Below, piece after piece: positions 1-12,626 of a DNA stretch of 38,135 nt. Location of the stretch: assembly GCA_048213135.1 (NCBI GenBank), contig PS015021.1, positions 45,759 to 83,893 on the forward strand. Direction: 5' to 3'. The first letter of the stretch is position 1. Every line of letters starts with the position of its first letter. The notes under the pieces are model-generated. The model ran no database searches, had not been told where the DNA came from, and saw nothing but the letters and a program-made list of their open reading frames with translations. Source of the DNA: Reclinomonas americana ATCC 50394. Taxonomy: Eukaryota. A program made the translations under genes and the position numbers.

Positions 1-31
<31 letters not shown>

Positions 32-58
32 AGACAAGAGAGAGAGAGAGAGTGAGGA

Positions 59-90
<32 letters not shown>

Positions 91-109
91 CAAGAGAGAG
101 AGAGAGTGA

Positions 110-148
<39 letters not shown>

Positions 149-495
149 CAGACAAACAGATGCACGGATAGACAGACAAACAGAGGCAACAGAGAGACAG
201 AAGACAGAGGGAGACATCCAGACAAACAGACAGAATGAGAGAGAGAGAGTGAGATTCCCACAGATAGAGGCACGGACTGAAAGACGCACGGATAGACAGC
301 CAAGCGAGAGTGAGCGAGTGAGACAGATGAGAGACAAAAGACAGCTAGATACAGAGACAAGACAGACAGACAGATAGAGAAAGAGAGAGATAAGATAGAC
401 AACAAGAGTGCCAAACAGAGAGAGAGAGAGAGACAGAAAGGGGGAGAGAGTCAGACAGAGACAGACAGATAGAGAGACAGAGAGAGGGAGAGAGA
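1..495. repeat. GA/GACA-rich low-complexity intronic sequence (CHMP1 intron)
   Basis: (GA)n runs with interspersed GACA; the block gagggagggagacaag(ag)n tgaggaag is duplicated within the first 130 nt. Confidence 0.9.
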
Positions 496-500
496 CGCAC

Positions 501-3798
<3,298 letters not shown>

Positions 3799-4574
3799 GA
3801 TTATTAGAGTGAGTGTGTGAAAGAGAGAGTGACGAGTTCGCTTTCAGTGCCGCGACGGGGATGTTGTCCGCTTGTCCGAGTGAGCTGTCCTCGCACAGCG
3901 CGTTTTTTCGACTTTGCCAGCGTGTCTGCGTGATTGTGTACGGTGAGATGCGCTGCGAGTGGAGTTTGTTGACACGAGAGCGTCCGTGCAATGCGGCTGG
4001 CAGGTTCGGTGTGAACTTCGCGGCCGAGCGACGTTGACATGCATTGCGCGAGGATTCGGCAGTCAAGTAGCTGTGATATAATCATCACCAGTAATAGACA
4101 GCCGATTCGATGGCGCTTCCGGTGTCGCAAGAAAAGGCGCTGATCGGCAAACAAAACACTTCATTCGAATTCGATCGAATTCGAATTCACCACATGTGGT
4201 AAATGTTCACAGATCCCTCGCCGACAATGACCACGGCACAAACAGCCATAACCTCCTCCGAGCAGTTGTCTTCCCTTTCCGGAGGCAAAGCCAATCAAAT
4301 GCGCGCAGCTGGCTGGCCAGCTGGTGTCTTCTGATATTTGGATCCATTCCTCCACTTTGCGCCCAGTCCTTTCTCCTGCTCGTGGACATCGCATCCGGAC
4401 CCACAAATGCTTTTCGCTGGATCACCTCCGCTTGTCACCTTCGCGACCGACGGGAATTTCGAAGTGACATCGCATTGACAATTCATTTGCGCATAAAACC
4501 CCGACGAGTCTGATCTGTTTCTCTCATATCCCATCTCGTCCTTTGCGAGCCAAGGAAAACACTCACTCACTCTC
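3799..4574. promoter_or_regulatory. Divergent (head-to-head) intergenic region between CHMP1 and the lectin gene, containing a perfect 24-bp palindrome
   Basis: The start codons at 3798(-) and 4575(+) diverge. ATTCGAATTCGATCGAATTCGAAT at 4163-4186 is self-complementary and is followed by the palindrome ACCACATGTGGT at 4189-4200, almost exactly mid-way. A regulatory role is inferred. Confidence 0.5.
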
Positions 4575-5910
4575 ATGAAGTTTGCTTCTGCCCTTCTCTT
4601 TGCCGCACTGCTGTGCGTGCTCGCTGTCGCTGCTCGTGCCGACGTGCTTCGTGCGGCCGGCGGCTATTACCCGCCCACCTCGGTCGATGCCGTCTGCTAC
4701 GGCGGCACCACCATCAAGGTCATCTCGGCCACCATCCGCGGTTGCACTCAGGGTGAGTGTGCTCCAAGGTCGCCCACACCCGTCCTTCTCAAAGCGCTCA
4801 CTTGTCATCGAAATATTAATCCCAGCCGACGGCTGCAAGTCTGTCGCCACCTCCGACTGCAACGATACGAACGACGTGACGCGCAACTCACTGGTGCAGC
4901 ACCTGAACGGCCAGACTGCTGGCTGGCTGCGCGTCGAAGACTTTGAGGTGCGGCTGCTTCGTTCATCTCTCATTTGGGGTGATATCAGTTTCGCTGATTT
5001 TATTCCGAACACGACAAACACACATGCAGAGTCAGAGCAAGTACCTGCAGTCGCGCGTGCTGTACTTTGAGTACCAGTGCGTGAAGAAGATCATCTACCC
5101 GCCCAAGCCGATCCCCAAGCCGAGCCCGGTCAAGGTCTACAAGGCGTGCGGTGGCTGGGCGGTCGATCTCGACTGCCGCACCGGTGGCAACATTTTTATC
5201 CTGTCGGCCGTCGTGCGCGGTGCCGAGACCTCTGACGGCTGCTACGGAAACATTGCGCCGAAGGGCCAGTGCGCTACCATCGCCAACTACACGGTGCGTG
5301 AACATGAGAGGAGAGATCGGAAAGATATATCGGCGCCGGTTTTGCTTTCTCTCTCTTTCTCTCAGTGACGCACACTCTTTCTTTCACGTGCATATATATA
5401 CACACACGCACTCGCGCACACACGCACTGCTCACTGCACGATGTGTATCACGCAACTTCTTGGAGGAGATCTTCGGTGTTGCCAAGATTCTTGTTTTCTC
5501 TCGAGCTCACTCTCCTCGCTCTCTCTCTCACACACACTCTCTCACACATCGTACACGTGCACAAGTGCACCTTCTCTCTCCCCTTCTCCCTCTGCCCTCT
5601 CTCTCCCTCAGTCCTTCCCTCTCTCCCGCTCCCTCTTTCTCCTCTCTCTCACTCTCCCTCTCCCTCTCCTCTTCCCTCTGCGCAGCACCAAGTCGGCCAG
5701 TCGTGCAACGGCAAGAACCAGTGCTGGAGCCGCGTGGAGGACCTCGAGGGCTCGCCCTTCACTGGCAACTACGCCAAGTGCTGGAACCACCAGGACAACT
5801 CGGGTGCGCTCGGCAATGGCACCGGCAACGTCGGCTTCCGCGTGTTGGAGATCACCTACAAGTGCGTCGACTTTGACTACTTCAAGGACGACAGCAACAC
5901 CACCTACTAA
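4575..5910 (+). CDS. Secreted protein with two SUEL/galactose-rhamnose-binding lectin-like domains
   Basis: Exons 4575-4752, 4826-4947, ~5030-5293 and 5686-5910 (TAA). Clear signal peptide MKFASALLFAALLCVLAVAARA. Two internally similar Cys-containing units: IKVISATIRGCTQADGC...RVEDFE...RVLYFEYQCV and IFILSAVVRGAETSDGC...SCNGKNQC..RVEDLE...RVLEITYKCV, joined by a Pro-rich linker. The CxGKxxC and L-x-(I/F)-x-Y-x-C pattern resembles Gal_Lectin/SUEL domains (inferred from motif memory). Confidence 0.75.
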
Positions 5911-6469
5911 TGCGTCGGAGGAGGGAGAGAGAGAGAGTGGGAGCGGAAAAAGTTGCTGCAGAGCAGGCATTGTTCGCAGTGAATCTTGGAATCGGTCGGA
6001 AATGCTTGCCCTTATTCACTCTCCCTCCACTTGCGAGGCAAGCAGCACATGGTACCATGTACACACATGTTCACACATGCCATGACATCACAGGCCACAG
6101 CGAGGTGCTCTCTCCCTTCTCTCTCCCTTGTGCATCTTTTGCAGAATGATGCTCGTGTTCGGAAACTATGAAAAACGCACCTTGCACCACTGCTGGCGCC
6201 ATGGGCATCCTTGGCGCGCCACTCACCTCTCACACTGCACAGTAGTGTGTGCGCAACACAGACGCCCGCCCTCTGCAGTGAACAAGCACAGCACCATCAT
6301 GTACAAACCCGTTTATGCCGTGCCGCGCTCCGGCAGACAGACACGCATCTCCCCGTCATTCACTCACCCCCAATCGCCCATGACATGCCCTCGCACACCA
6401 CCTTCCGGCGCANNNNNNNNNNNNNNNNNNNNGAAACTAATCGTGCGGGGGAAGGGAGGGAAGGGGGAA

Positions 6470-7030
6470 GGGAGATGAGAAGCAAAGGAGACGAGCACCA
6501 ATGCAGATAATGCACAGCCTCCGCGGTGGGATGCAACGCAGTGGAGAGGAGAGATGGAAAGAGAGCGAAGGAGACGCGCATCTGCTGAGACAATGCACAG
6601 CCTCCGCGGTGGGATGCAATCCCGTCGGGAAGGGAGATGGAAGTGGAAAGGAGACGATCATCTACTGAGGCAGACCATGCACGGCCGGCACCTCCGAGTG
6701 TTCCGTCAGGAGGGGAGATGGAAAGAGAGCAAAGGAGACGAGCACCTGCTGGCACAAACACCGAGTGGGATGCCCGGAGGTGAAAGAGTAAAATGAGACA
6801 TCTTCATCGAGCTGTGACCGCGCTCAATGTCTCAGTGATGCATACCCACAAGGTGCAAGAGCAACAGGAGACGAGCATCTACTGAGCCAGACCATGCACA
6901 ACCTCCAAGTGGAATGCAATCCCGTCCGGAAGGGAGATGGAAAAGGAGACGAGCGCATGAGCAAAAAGAGATCTTCATCGAGGCTGTGACCGCGTACAAC
7001 CTCCGAGTCGGATGCAGAGATAGAGACGAC
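6470..7030. repeat. Degenerate ~80-bp minisatellite, about 7 copies
   Basis: The anchor AGGAGACG recurs near 6486, 6569, 6649, 6733, 6866 and 6944, with shared blocks GGAGATGGAA, CATCTRCTGAG, ATGCACAGCCTCCGCGGTGGGATGCAA and ATCCCGTC.GGAAGGG. Confidence 0.85.
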
Positions 7031-8778
7031 CTCAGCATCATCCTCACAGGCGTAGTCGTGGCTAAGTGAAGTCTCCCCCTCGTCGACGCAGCGCACACAT
7101 ATCGAGACGAACCGCTTGTGAGCGAGGTCAGACGAGAGAGAACGAGCCGAGTTCGGAAAAAAAGAAGTGAGGAACAGCCCACACACTATGAGAGCACGGC
7201 CCAGGAGACTTACATGAAGACTACTTCCTCACAGGGGAGACGAAGAAGCGTGCAAAACAAATAAACAATGTACTTTCACACACGAACTCACTCATCTATC
7301 GACCCACCGCCTCGGACGAGCCCACTCAGCAACGGCAGACACTGGATGTGAATCGGTGTGTCGGTGTGAGGCGTGCCATCCTTGTTGCACAACTCGAACT
7401 GGCGGAACTGAGCGGCTGTGAGTTGCAGCTTCCCCAGCTCGGCGAACGAGCGCACGATGCACATGATGCAGTCCTTATGCACTCAAATCCGTCAGTCTTT
7501 CACAGAAAGGCATCGCAAAGACAGGCATTACCTTGCTGTTCGTGTGCAGTGCCCGCGCCACCAGCTGCACGTCACGAAAATCCACTGCGCGGAGAGAGAG
7601 AGAGAGAGAGCAGTGAATCAATACAGCCCCATCACCATTTGCTCTCCTTTAAACGCAACACTGCCCATCCTCGATGATCTTGACACCGGCGCGCCCGTGC
7701 TTTCTGCGCGGATCTCCCGGGTACAGCACGAAATCGCAGCCGAGAAGGGCACCGTCACGCACAATCCACCCTGTGCAGGCGGGTCAAGAACTGCGTGTGC
7801 TCTTGCGCACGCACACCGCCACGCAACGACGATTGTAGCTCCCTTCCGTCTCCAACTTGCCTCGCTTCAAACGCGCCAGCACCGCCAAACGCGCCACAAA
7901 GTGTGGCCCGAGTGCGCTTGTGAAGCCACTCCACCATTCCTGTTGCATGGGTGTGTGAGTAGCAAAACAAGCACCAGAGGTGCTCACAGCGCGCGCAACT
8001 TCCTCCGACAGCACGCGGTTCGTTCTGAAGCTGCGCAGTTGCATGCGCTCGGTGAGGCACAGCCACGCCGCCTCCTCAGGCATCAAACCGATCGCCCACT
8101 CGGCATCGTCCTCGTAATCGGCTGAGAAGCGTGGAGAAAGAGCGAGGCAGAGTGAGGAAGAAGAATCAGAGACAGAGGTGGGAAGTGGTGGATGCAGGAA
8201 GAGATGGGGATGGAAAGAGCGGGAGACAGGCACAGCAAAGGAGGGCGATCGGAGACTGAGAGCAAGGAATCGAGATTGGAGTGATTGAGAGAGAGAGAGA
8301 GAGAGAGAGAGAGGCAGTCACAGGGAGACAACTGCAGCGATGGAGACCGATCACATAGACAGAGATGACTGAGAGCGATTGAGAGCGAGAAAGGGAAAGG
8401 AGAAAAAGAGAGAGAAGACTGTGAGAGATAGCGACAGGAAAGCAACGATGTAGATCGATGAGAGACTGAGGGAGACTGTGAGTCGCTTCGAAACCTACCA
8501 TGCGGCTCGGGAACACCGCGCGAGAACACTCCTCTTCCGATGCACTCTGTGGGCGGCAAATACACGCGTTCATACAAGTCGCGCTGTGTGTCGCGAACCA
8601 CCACCGATGTCCATTGCCACATTCTATCGCCGTCGCCGTCGATGTCGTCGACATAACCAGTGATGATCGTCGTGGAGCTCTCGAGATCTCCTCCCGAGGT
8701 CGATAATGACTGCTCCTGTTGACCGTCGTTCTGTGTGACACTGGTGGTCATTTCAGTGTCGGTCTCAGACGACTGCAT
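6824..8778 (-). CDS. TSEN2: tRNA-splicing endonuclease catalytic subunit, most like Sen2
   Basis: Exons 8778 (or 8751)-8499, 8121-8000, 7939-7861 (or -7828), 7770-7660, 7584-7532, 7473-7456, 7407-7292, tentative 7220-7214 and 7114-6824. Motifs: IGRGVFSRGVP (Sen2 GKGxLSR-like), LMPEEAAWL, LSEEEWWSGF, GWIVRDGALLGCDFVLYPGDPRRKHG (catalytic Tyr and His) and LDFRDVQLVARALHTNSKDCIMCI (catalytic Lys). The 3' exons are uncertain; the ORF could stop at 7288. Confidence 0.8.
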
Positions 8779-9753
8779 TGCTTGGTAGTGGTCTGTGCTC
8801 TCTGCTGGCACGCTGGCACGCTTCGATGTGCGGGACACCGAACGCAAAACTGGAGTCGACCGGTATTCGTGGCGTCTGTGATGTCGATATGAACCACGCG
8901 TGTCCACATACAGCACCACACGTGTAAAACAGACTACTGGGTGGCATGGGTTGCAGGTGAATCCGAATTCGAATTCCAAACGCGCTGGCGCAGTTCGAAT
9001 TCCGCAGCCAGTTGCAAAGAGAAGTCGACATGCACCGCGCCCGTGTGGCGCTCATTTCGTTCTTTGGCGGAGTCTGTCTGGCCTGCAGCGCTGCAATGAG
9101 GACTTCGAATTCGATTGAATTCGCACGATCGAGAGCTCGAGGTGCGGCATGTTCACGCACAGTGACGATTTCGGTTGCCCACAGGCAAGTATGACAAGTA
9201 TGACAGCCGTTCGATGGCGAAATGCACCAACCCCCAGCCACGTGTGCAGGCGGCTGGCGTCGAATTCGATAACAAAATCGGTATCGCGACGTCGACTCAA
9301 TTGCTAATCGCTGAGAAAGTCTCGCGGAAGCCTTAGCCTGCACGAACCCGGTAAGCACTAGGTAGTGTGAAATGTGACACTCAAGCTCCGGGTCCGGATC
9401 CGGAGCCGGCAGAAAGCGTCGACGTCGACGTCCAATATTAATTTAATTGCAAATCGCTGCTCTGTCGTCACAGTACGATCGAGCTCGCACATACGTACAG
9501 AGGCACAGGAGCACGCACACTGGGAAAACGATCACAAGCAGCAGCTAGCAAAAGAGGCAGAAAAGGAGCAAATGTCGACGTCGCGTCACCAAATTTGAAC
9601 TCCTCGCTGCGACACTCACCTTGCCAACTCGCCCCTCCCCACCCCCCAAAGCAGACACTGTCGAGAGAGAAACCCCTCACCTCCGCGTGACAGGACACAC
9701 AACCAGTCCGTCAGTGGCCGTCAGTCACAATCACGAACACACAAACGCAATCC
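8779..9753. promoter_or_regulatory. Divergent intergenic region between TSEN and the pseudophosphatase, rich in TCGA/GAATTC palindromes
   Basis: CGAATTCGAATTC (~8964), TTCGAATTC (~8994), TTCGAATTCGATTGAATTCG (9104-9123), TCGAATTCGA (9260-9269), TCCGGATCCGGA (~9393) and CGTCGACGTCGACG (9417-9430). Confidence 0.45.
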
Positions 9754-12577
9754 ATGTTTGTCTCTCTCACGACCGCCTCTCTCCTCCTCATCATTGCCGC
9801 TCTGTGCGTGTGGATCTGGCGACTTCGCACGCTCACTCGCACACTCGCCCACGAGAAGCGCAAGTGGGCACGTCGCGCTCATGTCGACTCTCTGTGGCAC
9901 ACTGATGACGAGCCAGAGCTCACACTGTGTGAGGCGCAAGAGTGGGCAGAGACAGAGCAGCACGACGAAGGCATGTCACTCACACACTCACTCACACAGC
10001 AAGAGATCACATACTCACTCTCTCTCTGACACAGATGAAGGCGTGTCATCACTGTTGCACGCGAGGAAGCGCTCATTGAGGTGCGATCAGTCGTTATTGC
10101 GATCAGTCAGCCACACAGCGATCATTCATTGTCAAATTTCCTCTGCCTTCGTTGTCTGTTTGTCTCCAGATCGATGAAAGCCGGTGGCGGATGGGCATTG
10201 TCTTCGTCGATGGCTCGCATTGGCCCGCGCGGAGAGGTTGCCGGCTTTCAGCAGACTGTGCACAGTGAGAGCTCTTCTGCGCGACCGCCACAGACGCCAG
10301 TGGCGACGCCGGGTACTGCACGCATGTTTCGGGATATGTGGCATGAGTCGTCGGCAGGTGGAGGTGTGCCGGCGTGGGATGCGCGACTGGAGCATGCGTT
10401 GCGCGTGATGCGGATGCTGAGTGTGGGGTTTGAGAGGATTGCCGATGCGCCGTCGCGTGAGCGAAGAGCGAGTGTGAGTGATGCGGCGGTGGCATCGGCG
10501 GCCACGCATAGGTGGTTGAGTGCGTGGCCGTCGGAGGTGGAGGTGGACGAGGATGATGATGATGCTGCTGGTGGTCGTGGCACGTCGCGACATGCGCCGA
10601 AAGGTTGGTAGGGACTCTGGGCGTGGGGGATTAATGGGGCTGTATTTGCTCAATGATGTATCGGTGCTGTTGCACGGTCTTGCGTCTCTCGATGGTCTGC
10701 CTTGCTGGTTGCCTGTTGAGTTCTTGATCATGAGTGACGGTCTGTCTCCTCCCACTGTTCCGCTCCTTACTCATCCTCTCCCCTGTTTCACGAGCGATGT
10801 CGTGGCAGTCTTCTCTTGTCGCCCTTCACTTGTCACCCTTGGGTATTATTACTTGCTGCTGCAACACAGACAGCATCATCATCTCGCTATCCTCCCTTCT
10901 CTCCTGGTGTCCCTCTCCAACTTGCCCCTTTTCTACTCTTCCCTTTGTAATCGCCTTTCTCCTCTCCTTCTCCCCCGCTCACCATCGCGGCCACCACAGC
11001 ATCGCTCGCTCGCTCCTTTGTACAGATGGTGCGCCAGTTGGCAGAGGACGCGCGACTCGTGTTTGCTGGAGAGAGCAAGGTTCGTGAATGCCGTCCACGG
11101 CATCGCGTCACGCTCGCAGTCACACTCACTGTCTTCACCCGCAGGTCGTCAACGTTGCGGCTCCGAGTTACATCCTCGGCGAGCTGTGCGGCCACTACTC
11201 GGATCTGCTGGTCTTTGCGCGCACTCTGTGGCGTCTCGGCCCGGAGATGACACCCAGCAACTTGGTGTTCCTCGGAAACTATGTGGATCACGGTACGTAT
11301 TCACTCGCTGATTTCATGTGCACACGTGCTGTCTCTCACCCATCCCTCCATCGCAATCTGTTCTCCTTAATCTCCAACCCTCTTCACTTTCTCCCTCCTC
11401 CCTCCCTCTCCGTCCCACCCCTCTCCCTCCTTCTCTCCGTCCATCTCCTCTTTCGCACTTTCCCATTGCCTCCCTCTCCTTCCGTCTTTCCCTCTCCCTC
11501 ATTCTCCTCCAACCCCCTCTCCCCTTCCTTCCCCTCTTCTCCTTTACTCACCTTCTTTCTCCTTTACTCACAGGACCACACTCGGTGGAAACCCTGGCCT
11601 ACCTGCTGGCCATGAAGGTGCTGTACCCGGAGACCACCATTCTCCTGCGCGGCGCACACGAGTTCCGTGCCACCAATGCCGCGCACCCGGACTCGCCCAC
11701 CACCCTTCGGTGCGTGTCATCACTCCCTGCTACCAGTGGTAATATTACTCACAGCTTCCTCTCTCTCTCTTTCCACACACAGCGGTCAGCTGCGCGCACT
11801 GGTGCCGGACGACGTGGAATTCGCCGACGAGGTGTGCGAGGAGTTGAATCGGTGCGCGTTTGTTTCTCCTTTAGTCGAGCATCTGCCCCTCCATAGTCTC
11901 ACTCTCGCACCTGCAGCACCTTTGACGTGATGCCACTGTGTGCCATCATCGACAACACCTTGTTCTGCACACCCTCCGGCATTCCTTCGCTGGCGGCACG
12001 TTTGCCCTTCAACGAAATGATGCACGCACTCTCCGCCTCCATTGACGACGAGGCACTCATGGAGCAGCGGTCTGCGTGTGTGTGTTTGTGATGTATTCTG
12101 TGAATAGTGTGCGGCTCACTCGCACCGCGCGCAGGAACCAACCGGCTTTGGATTTGGTGTGGGGCGAACCGGCGACACCGCTGCAAGAGGAGGAGATGCA
12201 CCAGCAGGACAGACACTTCCTGCGCAAGCCGACGGGCACCGATGGCGCGCTCGTGTCGGTGTTCTCGCAGCAGGCCATTGTCAACTTTTTGCGACAAACC
12301 GGGTACACGCACATTATCCGCGGTGGTCGCACACGGCCGTCGGCGGGTGTACAGGTCAGTCATTTAGATTCTCCCTGCTTTTCTCTCTTTCTCCCACTCG
12401 TGTCTCATCTGTGCGCAGTACGGCAAGGGCGGTCACCTCATCACCGTCTGCTCCAACGCGTCGCTGGCCACCCGCCGACGCACCGCCACTGGTGACCACC
12501 ACAAGCCACCACCGCACGTAGTGGCCGGCGTTGTCCTGGCACACCGCGGTCACTTGCGTGTTGCCGTACTACAGTAG
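9754..12577 (+). CDS. PPP-family (calcineurin-like) Ser/Thr phosphatase homologue, predicted catalytically dead, with an N-terminal transmembrane helix
   Basis: Exons 9754-9970, 10035-10080, 10170-10603, 11000-11079, 11145-11292, 11574-11709, 11783-11851, 11917-12069, 12135-12354 and 12419-12577 (TAG). PPP scaffold in the correct order: YILGELCGHYSDLL, LVFLGNYVDHGPHSVETLAYLLAMKVLYP, ILLRGAHE, FDVMPLCAIIDNTLFCTPSGI, DLVWGEP, FSQQAIVNFL, HIIRGG, LITVCS. The N-terminus SLLLIIAALCVWIW followed by basic residues looks like a signal-anchor. Confidence 0.88.
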
Positions 12578-12626
12578 AACCCTCCTCCATCAACCAAGAC
12601 ACACATGTACATTCACTCTCTTTCTC

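Noticed and set aside
6470-7030. Repeat-spacer appearance resembling a CRISPR array
   Set aside because: Units are degenerate throughout, the intervening parts are homologous to each other, the context is eukaryotic and no cas genes are present.
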